A stretch of DNA of 64,000 nucleotides from a bacterium. GTDB lineage: Bacteria > Hydrothermota > Hydrothermia > UBA1063. Numbering within the stretch: the first letter of the stretch is position 1; each line of letters opens with the position of its first letter. Where the stretch lies: assembly GCA_030019025.1 (NCBI GenBank), contig JASEFR010000003.1:19885-83884 (forward strand), written 5' to 3'. This document shows positions 27,483 through 36,144 of this stretch, piece after piece. The notes under the pieces were generated by a model. The model saw only the letters and a list, made by a program, of their open reading frames with translations, was not told where the DNA came from and did no database searches. The position numbers were made by a program, and so were the translations under genes.

Positions 27483-28842
27483 GATATTCTGCTGGGTCAA
27501 TTCCATATTTCCATGGTGATTCTACTTTGACGATTTCTATTTCAGATTGACTTAGGTCAAGGGTTCTGTGAATCTGGTCTTTTCCTTCAGCATCTTTTAT
27601 AACAAGTACAACCGGCTTATGTAATTTTTCGGGATCTTGAGGTTGTCCCACCACCAGTGCCCATTCTCCTGTAGAGAGAAACACAAGACTTCCCAGTGGA
27701 TAAATCCCGAGTAGATTAATGAAATGCTTAGAAAGAAGTGGATCGAAAAGTTTTCCCGAATATTTTACCAAGTAGGCGATTGCTTCGGAGGGCGACATTG
27801 GAATAGGATTATAGAACCTTGGGGTCGTTACAGCATCGTAGAAGTCCGCGATTTGAATAATTCTTGAATAAAGTGATATACTGTTTTTCACGAATTCTGG
27901 ATATCCAGAACCATCGTATCCTTTTTGATGCTCTAAGATAGATAGTAGAATTGGTGCCGTTTCTTCAGAAAGACCCATTAAATCAAGAGTTATTCTAAAT
28001 CCATTGATGGGATGAGTCTTCACAATTTTCCATTCCTCCTCTGTGAGGAGTGATTCCTTTTTAAGGATGTTTCTTGGTATGTTTATCATGCCTATATCAT
28101 GGAGTAATGCTGCCTGACCTAATTTCAACAGTTCTTTGCTTTTTAAACCTATTCGAACGCCAAGGGAAAGGGATAGGATCGCGGTATTAACAGAATGGTT
28201 GTAAAGAAAGTCATCATAGTTTTTAACGACTGTTAATCCAAGAAGCAGGCTTTCAGAGGTTTTTAAGGTGTCAATGAGATAGAGGACGCCAACGGTAAAT
28301 TTGGTGTGACTTGGTTTTGACACGCCCCCAGGGATGGAAATATTTTTGACCAGGTTTATTGTTTCGAAGTAAACTTGTTTCACTCTCTTTTTAGGATCAA
28401 CTATTTCAGTTGGTTGAACTAACATGGGTAGAATTTTTATGGAAGCCACGCCTAAACTTGCGAGATTTTCTCTCAAGTTCTCGGAGTTTGTGACTTCTTT
28501 TGATAATTGCTCAAGGAATATCCCCAATTCCTGAACAGTACAGTTTTGACTTATCTTTATTCCTCCGATTCCCTTTTCTTGGAATAGATCTACAACTTGT
28601 TTGATAAAAGGAAAATTGACAGAGGAAATTTTTAGTCTTTCACCCATTATATAAATGTGTAATCCTCGAAGAACGAAATTAAATTCATCGGCTTGTTTGA
28701 GACTCTCCGAAAGTATTTCAAATAATTCGCCCAGACTTTTCTCGCTTACGTTGTGTTTGATATCATAGAGTTTCACGTTATTATACGCAGAGAGAAATTT
28801 AACCAGAATTCTATTCATGTAATTTTCGTCAAAAGTCGTCAT
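27475..28842 (-). CDS. HD-GYP domain phosphodiesterase with ~200-aa N-terminal domain of unknown function
   Basis: HD motif (LLHDIGM) and GYP motif (HQKGYDGSGYPE). It is the last gene of a 3-gene minus-strand operon. Confidence 0.8.
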   Translation of the reverse strand: MTTFDENYMNRILVKFLSAYNNVKLYDIKHNVSEKSLGELFEILSESLKQADEFNFVLRGLHIYIMGERLKISSVNFPFIKQVVDLFQEKGIGGIKISQNCTVQELGIFLEQLSKEVTNSENLRENLASLGVASIKILPMLVQPTEIVDPKKRVKQVYFETINLVKNISIPGGVSKPSHTKFTVGVLYLIDTLKTSESLLLGLTVVKNYDDFLYNHSVNTAILSLSLGVRIGLKSKELLKLGQAALLHDIGMINIPRNILKKESLLTEEEWKIVKTHPINGFRITLDLMGLSEETAPILLSILEHQKGYDGSGYPEFVKNSISLYSRIIQIADFYDAVTTPRFYNPIPMSPSEAIAYLVKYSGKLFDPLLSKHFINLLGIYPLGSLVFLSTGEWALVVGQPQDPEKLHKPVVLVIKDAEGKDQIHRTLDLSQSEIEIVKVESPWKYGIDPAEYLI

Positions 28843-28846
28843 CCTG

Positions 28847-30481
28847 TCACTCCTTAAACTGTTTCAAGGCTTCTGAACACATTTCTCTAATTTTTGAATC
28901 TTTCGTTTTTTTAACCGCTTCTATTAGAAGTAAATAAACTTTTCGTTTATTTGATTCTACCAAGGAGTTGATTAGAAACTGGAGTGTCTCGTAATATTTT
29001 TTTGACTTTGTTATTTTGTTTAGCAAAGACAAATTCTGTGTGAGAATATTTCTCAGAGCTTCTTCGACTGCAGGATAGTCGATATATTCGGGTATAAGAC
29101 TCAAAAACTGTTTCTTTTCCAGAACATCAAATTTGAAAAATAGTTCATCACTTTTAAGCCTTTCAACGATCAGGTTTACAAAAGATTTTCTTGGATTTCT
29201 CTTCATTTCCAGATAAGTGGTCATTCTTACCGATATATCATCATCGTAAAAAAATGGTGTTAAGTCACCTTCAATGGCCGAAAGCGCCTCCAAGAGGTTC
29301 TTTTTAAGATTTTTGTCTATATTCATTTGAAGTTCTGTCAGGAATTCCTTGGCTTGACTGTATTTTCCTACAGATATAAATTCAAGACCGGCCGAAAGGA
29401 TCTTTTCGTTTTTCTTGTTAGTCACGATGTATTTCAAGATCCGATTTGGTTCAAAATTTTGCATGTTAATCATAGCTCTGAAGATTAATTGTCTTTGACT
29501 CTTCTGAGGCAGTTCTGCCGCGATTTTGAAAAGCGCGAGTGCTGCATTTGAATCGAGTCCGGATAAGAGTAGTTCAAGTTCTTTCGGCCTGTTATCAATG
29601 TGGTTCCTTATCATATTTTCAATCAAAGATGGTTCAGAAATTCTCTTGAGCAAAAGATCAATGGCCCGTGCTTTTTCAGTGCTTTGTAATTTTATCTTCA
29701 GGGTCTTGAGATCGTGAATTACTCTTGAAACCTTGCTAATCCCGGAGTCGTTTATTTCGAGTAAAATAAACTCTTCAAGTGCTTTTAGTAGTGATTCAAT
29801 TTCTTCCACTGATTCCAGCTCGATGATAGTATAAAGATAGTATAACACTTTTTCTAAATGGTTGGTTTCCCTTTCTTTAGCAATCTCTTCGTTTAGCTTT
29901 TGCTCTTCTTCAAAGGATATCGTGAAAACCTCTCTTGATTCAATTATGATCGGTATCTCTATAGTAGCAGAAATAGGTCCCTCATATTCTACAGGTTCTG
30001 ATGATGGTTCTTTTTCTTTGAGTTTCAGCAAATCCTGATATGTTTCTGGGACTACCACATTCTGGTCTTGTAAAAACTCTGGTATGAATTCGAAGGAAAT
30101 ACCACTATATTCTCTTAGATTTATCTCATAGATTAAAGCAAATTTGTCATTTGATGCATATGCATTTTGTATTGCTTCGAATAAATTCTGAAGGTCAGTT
30201 GCAGTGATATCTTGAGTAATGGAAATCCCCCTGATTCCATGTTTATACATTACCCATGCCAGATTATCATCGTCTTCACTTTCTTTCCAGATAGTTTTCC
30301 CTTCTAAATCAAGAACTTCTCCTTTATCAAATATGAATTCTATTTTTGTTGTTCTGGAAATGTTTATTTTTAGGTTGTCCCATAATTGCCTTAGAAAATA
30401 TTTGGGAATTTCGTGCCCTTTTGGATAAATTTTATAAGCCCGAAAGGTTTTATTAAATAAGTTAAATAAATCAGCCATCAT
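28847..30481 (-). CDS. hypothetical all-alpha protein (HEAT/ARM-like repeats possible), operon partner of cyclase and HD-GYP genes
   Basis: 544-aa ORF with the same codon-usage style as its neighbours. The gaps to neighbours are 4 nt and 21 nt. No catalytic motif recognised. Confidence 0.5.
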   Translation of the reverse strand: MMADLFNLFNKTFRAYKIYPKGHEIPKYFLRQLWDNLKINISRTTKIEFIFDKGEVLDLEGKTIWKESEDDDNLAWVMYKHGIRGISITQDITATDLQNLFEAIQNAYASNDKFALIYEINLREYSGISFEFIPEFLQDQNVVVPETYQDLLKLKEKEPSSEPVEYEGPISATIEIPIIIESREVFTISFEEEQKLNEEIAKERETNHLEKVLYYLYTIIELESVEEIESLLKALEEFILLEINDSGISKVSRVIHDLKTLKIKLQSTEKARAIDLLLKRISEPSLIENMIRNHIDNRPKELELLLSGLDSNAALALFKIAAELPQKSQRQLIFRAMINMQNFEPNRILKYIVTNKKNEKILSAGLEFISVGKYSQAKEFLTELQMNIDKNLKKNLLEALSAIEGDLTPFFYDDDISVRMTTYLEMKRNPRKSFVNLIVERLKSDELFFKFDVLEKKQFLSLIPEYIDYPAVEEALRNILTQNLSLLNKITKSKKYYETLQFLINSLVESNKRKVYLLLIEAVKKTKDSKIREMCSEALKQFKE

Positions 30482-30502
30482 ATTGAATGCTAAAATTTTA
30501 TA

Positions 30503-33500
30503 TCAACTTTCACTTTTATGCAAATTTTCAATGAGTGGTACGAGGTTGGTTAATCTGTACTTATTCATTTCTTGTCGTAGCTGCTTAATTTTTGATTCTT
30601 TTAAGGCAATATCGGTGTCGCCTATTAATTTGTACTGGATCACACTTAGAAGTATTTTTTGTATTGGAAGACGTATGATGTCGAGTTGAGTTAAGATTTC
30701 TTCTATCATATAGTACTTTTCGAGATTATCAATGTCTCCATTATAGACGATGTTTCCAAATTCAAAAATTAGCGAACTTTCACGGATCGCCTTTATTCTT
30801 GGGTTATCTCCTCTTTGTTTAACAATTTGACGGCCTTTCTCCATGTTATTCTTCAGATAGTGGTAGATAAGGAGTGTGGAATTATAGTGGGCAAAGTCAA
30901 GGATATTTTCGGTGCGCCCTTGTAAAACAAAAAGTACTCTGTTTACTAAATCATCGAGAAGTTCATCTTTTTTAAGAGATGTTAGCAAAAGAAAGGTGTA
31001 AAGGAGTAGAATTAATATTTCCGAGTTTGAATAAGTGTAATTTGCTTTTTTTAAACTATTAACGCCATTTTTGGGGTCTCCAATCATGAGCTCTGTTATG
31101 CCTTTCAATATTTCCAGCATATTCTTAATTTTATACCACTCAAGGTTTTCTGGTACCTTCAAGTTGGAAGGAAGTTCATCATAAGTGTTTATATTTCCAA
31201 TATAAATATTTGTAACCCAGGAGTAGATTTTTGTCAGGAAGAAGATTTTTCTTTCACCGATTTGCTGTAGAATTTCTGATGAAGTTGCGAAATTGGTTAA
31301 AGCGCCAAGGCGTTCTCCCAGATACCCCAAGTTTAGAATACCTAAATTGAATAGGATAGTTCCTCTTAAGAAGTGGTTTGGTATGTCTTCTGCGATGCTA
31401 CGAGCTATATTTAGTAGCTTCTGTGCTTGTGCAAATTCACCCTGTTCCCTCTTAATGATGGAGTCAAAAATTAGTAACCAAACATAACTATCCTCGTCGT
31501 ACTCTTTTTTGATAATATTTTTAGAAAATTCTATTTCCTCACGAGCATGATCATATAGACGGGAATCCAAGAGTATTTTAGTTTTTCTGAGCTTGTATTC
31601 TGGAAGTATTAGTTCATCAACTTTGGATTCGGCTTCGTTTAATAGTGTTATTATTTTTTCCGTTAATTTTTTGCCTCCAATATTATTTATGTGTTCAATG
31701 TTTACTTCTGCGTATTTGGCAAATTCTATAGGTTTAGCGTTTTTCATTCTTTTGGTGCTCATTTCGAGAGAAGCTTCGTCAAATTCATAAGGATTCTTTT
31801 CCAAAATTGCATAATTTTTATAGGTTTCAAAGAATGTGGATGGTAAGTGGTTTTTGTAAGCTTCGAGGTTTGCTATTAAAGTATGAAGATTCCCACTTTG
31901 ATAATTAATTTCAACTTCGATCTGATAACAATTGCTGAGAAGGTAGAAATCGCTAATTTCTGTAGCGATATTAATTGCCTTCTTAATTTTAACCTCGGCC
32001 TCATTGAAGTGCCCGACTTTAAGAAGTGCTTCAGCGTAGCGATAGTAGAGGTCAAAGATCATACTCTTATCAACCATTTCATTTTCACTTCCTGAAATTT
32101 TTTCAAGAATTTCTTCAGCTTTTCTTAGCTTTGAGCAGGCAGCTGAATACATCCTAATATTTGCGAGATTGATTCCTGACTTATAATTATAGTACAGGGC
32201 TTTCTCTAAGACATCGCTCAGCTCAAAATGGTATGCAAGACTTTCATAGAATTCCTCTAAGTGGTTAATGTAAAGTTTTTCAATTGCTTCCCCTACTTTT
32301 TTGTGTAATTCTTTCTGCTCCTTTCTGAGTAGCAAATTGTAAGCTGCATCACGAACAAAGGAATGCTTAAATATGTAATGGTCTTCTTTAGTTTTGTCAG
32401 CATAAGCGATGCCAGATTCTTCTAATTTTCTTAAGTGAAATCCAAGATCTTCACGTTGCCATATTTCCTCTAAAATTTTTTTACTAAATTCTCTCCCTAT
32501 TACCGATGCTATTTTGGCTACTTGTTTGGTGTCAGGTGGAAGTTTGTCAATTTCTTGGAGGAATAGATTAGTGATTTTATCAGGAATTGATGCCTCGTTC
32601 AGGTTTTTAATCAGCGAAAGTTTTCCATCTTTTATTTGGAAAAATCCGTCCTTGTAAATTCTTTCGATTAGTTCTTCTATAAATAGAGGGTTGCCTTCTG
32701 TTTTACTGTACACAAGTTCAACAAATTCGGCTGGTAATTCCTGAGCCTCAAGTAGATTTTTAATTAGTTCCTCTGACTCCTCCTTTGTTAAATTTTGTAG
32801 CACTATGTTTTCTGTCAACGACAGTTCAGGAAGTAAAATGGTTTTCGTGGGCCTATAGGTTAAAAGGTAAAATATTCTAAGATTTGAAGTCTTTTCTATT
32901 AAAAATCTTAGCAGGTCAAGGGAGGCTTCATCAATCCAATGGATATCTTCGAATATTAAAAATAAGGGCCTGTTTTGTGAAAGGCTTTTGAATATTTCAT
33001 AAAAGGCCTCGAAAATGTCTAATTTTTCCTTTAATTTGAACTCGGGGTCAAGCCCAAGAAGGTTTTGTATTACCTTTTCTGCATTGACTGGAATATCATG
33101 TTTTTCGAAAGTGTTATGGATTTTGACTCGTTTTGTCTCTTTGTTATCTTCGGGTTTTATTTGTGTTAGTGCCTTTATGATGTCCAAAAAAGGTTCATAA
33201 GCAGATTCTTTACTTTGACTTTTACAAAGGGCTTCTAAAATTATATAGTCCTTATATTCTTTACAATACTTTTTGATTTCGTATTTCATTCTTGATTTGC
33301 CTACTCCTGCTTCTCCAATTATTGACACTGACGTGCTGATTCCGCTTTCTATTGAATTGAGAAGACTTTTCAATCTTTCAAATTCCCTTTTTCTACCCAC
33401 AAGTGGTACCAGTTTCCCTTTGAAAGTTGGAAGTGAACCGTATTCCAGGATTTTCGGCTGCACATACTCATAAAGCTTTATAGGTTCTTCCCTTCCCGGT

Positions 33501-34087
33501 ATATTAAATTCTCCTAAGGGCTTGAAATCAAAAAGGTGCGCCGTATATTCGGCCACCCTTTCTGTCACAACTATAGAGCATGGATGTGCAAGGTCATTTA
33601 TCTTTTCAGCTACATTTACAGTATCACCTATAACTGTATACATTCGTTTCCTTGATCCGCCAGTGTATCCACTGATTACATAACCGTTGTTTATAGAAAT
33701 TTTAACTTTTATGTCTTCTTTAAGATCTTCTGCAAGCCTTTCTACTGCTGAAAGAATCTCAGTTGAACAACGGATTGCACGTTCAAGGTCGTCTTCATGG
33801 GCAATAGGGGCACCAAACAAAATCATCACGCCATCACCAAGGTATTTATCTATAAAACCTTCATATTTATAAACAACTTGTTCGATCGTTTCGAAAATTT
33901 CGTTTAACATGTTGAGAACATCTTCTGGGTCCTTGTTTTCGCTAATTCTTGTGAAATTAACGAGGTCAGCAAAAATAACTGTAACAATGCGTTTTTCTGG
34001 AAGTATTAATTGCTTCAAAGGTATACCACAGTTGATACAAAAATTGGCGGTTTCGTTATTTTCAAAACCACAATTAGGACATTTCAT
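30503..34087 (-). CDS. multidomain signalling protein: N-terminal zinc ribbon + class III adenylate/guanylate cyclase domain + STAND/AAA ATPase + C-terminal TPR array
   Basis: Zinc ribbon: CPNC...CINC. Cyclase homology domain: both metal-binding Asp are present (VIFADLVNFT and YLGDGVMILFG), plus the transition-state region (YTVIGDTVNVAEKI). P-loop: IIGEAGVGKSRM, with a Walker B-like LFLIFEDIHWID. The C-terminal ~600 aa is TPR-like. The start was set at MKCPNCG, because the 31 aa upstream in the ORF is probably not translated. Confidence 0.8.
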   Translation of the reverse strand: MKCPNCGFENNETANFCINCGIPLKQLILPEKRIVTVIFADLVNFTRISENKDPEDVLNMLNEIFETIEQVVYKYEGFIDKYLGDGVMILFGAPIAHEDDLERAIRCSTEILSAVERLAEDLKEDIKVKISINNGYVISGYTGGSRKRMYTVIGDTVNVAEKINDLAHPCSIVVTERVAEYTAHLFDFKPLGEFNIPGREEPIKLYEYVQPKILEYGSLPTFKGKLVPLVGRKREFERLKSLLNSIESGISTSVSIIGEAGVGKSRMKYEIKKYCKEYKDYIILEALCKSQSKESAYEPFLDIIKALTQIKPEDNKETKRVKIHNTFEKHDIPVNAEKVIQNLLGLDPEFKLKEKLDIFEAFYEIFKSLSQNRPLFLIFEDIHWIDEASLDLLRFLIEKTSNLRIFYLLTYRPTKTILLPELSLTENIVLQNLTKEESEELIKNLLEAQELPAEFVELVYSKTEGNPLFIEELIERIYKDGFFQIKDGKLSLIKNLNEASIPDKITNLFLQEIDKLPPDTKQVAKIASVIGREFSKKILEEIWQREDLGFHLRKLEESGIAYADKTKEDHYIFKHSFVRDAAYNLLLRKEQKELHKKVGEAIEKLYINHLEEFYESLAYHFELSDVLEKALYYNYKSGINLANIRMYSAACSKLRKAEEILEKISGSENEMVDKSMIFDLYYRYAEALLKVGHFNEAEVKIKKAINIATEISDFYLLSNCYQIEVEINYQSGNLHTLIANLEAYKNHLPSTFFETYKNYAILEKNPYEFDEASLEMSTKRMKNAKPIEFAKYAEVNIEHINNIGGKKLTEKIITLLNEAESKVDELILPEYKLRKTKILLDSRLYDHAREEIEFSKNIIKKEYDEDSYVWLLIFDSIIKREQGEFAQAQKLLNIARSIAEDIPNHFLRGTILFNLGILNLGYLGERLGALTNFATSSEILQQIGERKIFFLTKIYSWVTNIYIGNINTYDELPSNLKVPENLEWYKIKNMLEILKGITELMIGDPKNGVNSLKKANYTYSNSEILILLLYTFLLLTSLKKDELLDDLVNRVLFVLQGRTENILDFAHYNSTLLIYHYLKNNMEKGRQIVKQRGDNPRIKAIRESSLIFEFGNIVYNGDIDNLEKYYMIEEILTQLDIIRLPIQKILLSVIQYKLIGDTDIALKESKIKQLRQEMNKYRLTNLVPLIENLHKSES

Positions 34088-34146
34088 TTTAGTAAATAAC
34101 AAATCTATTGTATAACGTCTTTCCGAAATAAGCAAATCAAAAGCAA

Positions 34147-34183
34147 AATTAATGCATTTGCTGGTGCTATTTGGACGCATTAA
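34147..34183. promoter_or_regulatory. inverted repeat in divergent promoter region between cyclase-STAND operon and DUF1573 gene
   Basis: TTAATGC ... GCATTAA arms separated by ~21 nt, including the palindromic AATGCATT, in the 105-nt intergenic region 34088-34192. Confidence 0.25.
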
Positions 34184-34192
34184 AATTAAGCT

Positions 34193-34843
34193 ATGATAGA
34201 GACTCTATTAAGTATCGTTATTATTTCACTTATTCCGATGCCAGAGTGGGGCAATTTTGGTAAAGTAGAAGAGGGAGAAGTTGTCTCAGCCAGATTTTGG
34301 TTGAAAAACAACACTAATGATACCATCAAGATAGTTTCTATAAAACCATCATGCGGATGTACTTATGCCTTGCAATCTTCAAATGTTGTAAAACCAGGTG
34401 ATTCAACCGCTGTGGATGTTGAGTTTAATACTAAAGGTTACTCTGGAGAAGTTATGCAATTAGTCAGGGTTAAATACGAAGGAAAAAATAGTGGAGAATT
34501 GTATTTAAAACTCAAGGGAGAAGTTATCAAGTCAACCTTGGCTCCCGATGAGCTTATCCGCTATATGAGCGTCTTAATAGATATAAGGGACAAATCTGAA
34601 TTTGACAAGGAGCATCTTATAGGTTCAATATGGGTTGATAAGAATAGGTTTTTAAGCACAGTTAAAGCTTTAAAGATACCCCGAAATACACTGATTGTTC
34701 TGGTGACAAACGACGAAGGTGACAGGCGATTTTTAGAATTATTGAGAAAAGAGGGCTACGGGAATTCTTACATTCTTAAAGGGGGGATTCCTAATTGGAA
34801 AAGGAAAATGGGAGAGACTTTAGTTAAAAAGGGAGAAAATTAG
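34193..34843 (+). CDS. DUF1573-domain (Ig-like, CGC motif) protein fused to rhodanese-like domain
   Basis: N-terminal TM/signal. The IKPSCGCT motif is typical of DUF1573. The C-terminal rhodanese-like fold (IDIRDKSEFDKEHLIGSIWV) lacks an obvious catalytic Cys. Confidence 0.55.
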   Translation: MIETLLSIVIISLIPMPEWGNFGKVEEGEVVSARFWLKNNTNDTIKIVSIKPSCGCTYALQSSNVVKPGDSTAVDVEFNTKGYSGEVMQLVRVKYEGKNSGELYLKLKGEVIKSTLAPDELIRYMSVLIDIRDKSEFDKEHLIGSIWVDKNRFLSTVKALKIPRNTLIVLVTNDEGDRRFLELLRKEGYGNSYILKGGIPNWKRKMGETLVKKGEN

Positions 34844-36100
34844 GTGCTTACATTTGTGTTGGTTTTACTATTTTTGGGAATCCTTATAGCGGTTCACGAG
34901 TTTGGTCATTTTATTGCCTGTAGGATTCAACGCATTGGAGTGGAGGAGTTTTCAATAGGCTTTGGTCCTCGACTGTTAACTTTTACCGATAAGGTAGGTA
35001 CGAGATATAGTTTATCTCTGATTCCCTTTGGAGGGTATGTTAAAATAAAGGGAGAAGAAAAGTCCGAAAACCCAGAACCAGGTGATTTTTGGATTCAACC
35101 TTTTTACAAAAAAATTTTCGTTGTTATCTCTGGTCCTGTTTTTAATCTTATCCTTGCTCTCGTGGTGTTTGTACTTGGATATTCTCTGGTAGGGTACGAA
35201 ACCATTCCTATTTATAGAGTTTATAAAGTAAAGAGCGAAAGCGCTTCTATTCAACCAGGTGATAGCATCATCGCTATAGATGGCAAATTTGTCAATACTA
35301 TAGAAGACCTTTATTACTACTTCTCAAAAAGAGAAAAGCATATTTTGTTAATTGACCGTTGGAATCAGAGAGTCACCATAGAATTATTGGGCAAAAACTT
35401 TGATTCACTGGGGGTTATCTTTGCAATTCCACCTATTGTAAATCGGATTGAAAAGGGAAGTCCTGCACATAAGGCAGGTCTTAAAAAAGGTGACAAGATT
35501 GTAAGGTTTAATAACACTCCCGTTTCATTGTGGCAAGAGGTTGTAGATTCTATAAGAAGTTATCCCGGAAAAGAGATAAGCCTTGCCGTTGAAAGAGGAA
35601 GAGATACTGTTGAATTTTTAATCACTCCGTTGGTTGAAACTACGCCAAATAATGAAAAAATCGGAAGGATAGGTATTACCGCACCGTCCGTAAGGAAGAG
35701 GTTAAATATATTTGAAGCCGTTAGAGTTTCTATAACGAGAAGCCTTGAGATAACTTGGATTTACATAGTGTATCTCCTGAGGCTGATTAGGGGCAAGGTT
35801 CCTTTATCAAATCTTGGGGGTCCTATAATGATTGGAAAGGTTATATACACTGCATCAAGTTATGGACTTTTCCAGCTTCTTTATCTTTTGGGCTTGATAT
35901 CAATAAATCTCTTTATAATAAATTTGATACCATTACCCGCACTGGATGGATGGCACTTTCTGGTTTACTTGGTTGAAGGTATTACAAAGAGAGAACTGTC
36001 GCCACAGGTCAGGAGGGTTTTGCAGCTTATTGGATTTACTTTTCTTCTAATTTTAATGGTTGTGATTGCATTTTTTGATATTTTGAGGATTGTTCGTTAA
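34844..36100 (+). CDS. rseP: RIP site-2 metalloprotease RseP/YluC (GTG start)
   Basis: HEFGHF HExxH in TM1, a PDZ domain (GDKIVRFNN), and a C-terminal LDG motif (PALDGWHFL). Confidence 0.8.
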   Translation: MLTFVLVLLFLGILIAVHEFGHFIACRIQRIGVEEFSIGFGPRLLTFTDKVGTRYSLSLIPFGGYVKIKGEEKSENPEPGDFWIQPFYKKIFVVISGPVFNLILALVVFVLGYSLVGYETIPIYRVYKVKSESASIQPGDSIIAIDGKFVNTIEDLYYYFSKREKHILLIDRWNQRVTIELLGKNFDSLGVIFAIPPIVNRIEKGSPAHKAGLKKGDKIVRFNNTPVSLWQEVVDSIRSYPGKEISLAVERGRDTVEFLITPLVETTPNNEKIGRIGITAPSVRKRLNIFEAVRVSITRSLEITWIYIVYLLRLIRGKVPLSNLGGPIMIGKVIYTASSYGLFQLLYLLGLISINLFIINLIPLPALDGWHFLVYLVEGITKRELSPQVRRVLQLIGFTFLLILMVVIAFFDILRIVR

Positions 36101-36144
36101 AATTAATGCAAGTAAATATTTTAAGTTGATATCGGGAGGTTAAT

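Noticed and set aside
30503-34180. N-terminal 31 codons of the long ORF (MRPNSTSKCINFAFDLLISERRYTIDLLFTK) before the zinc ribbon
   Set aside because: This is probably not translated. The zinc-ribbon Met (MKCPNCG) is the natural domain start, and the upstream codons lie in the promoter region.
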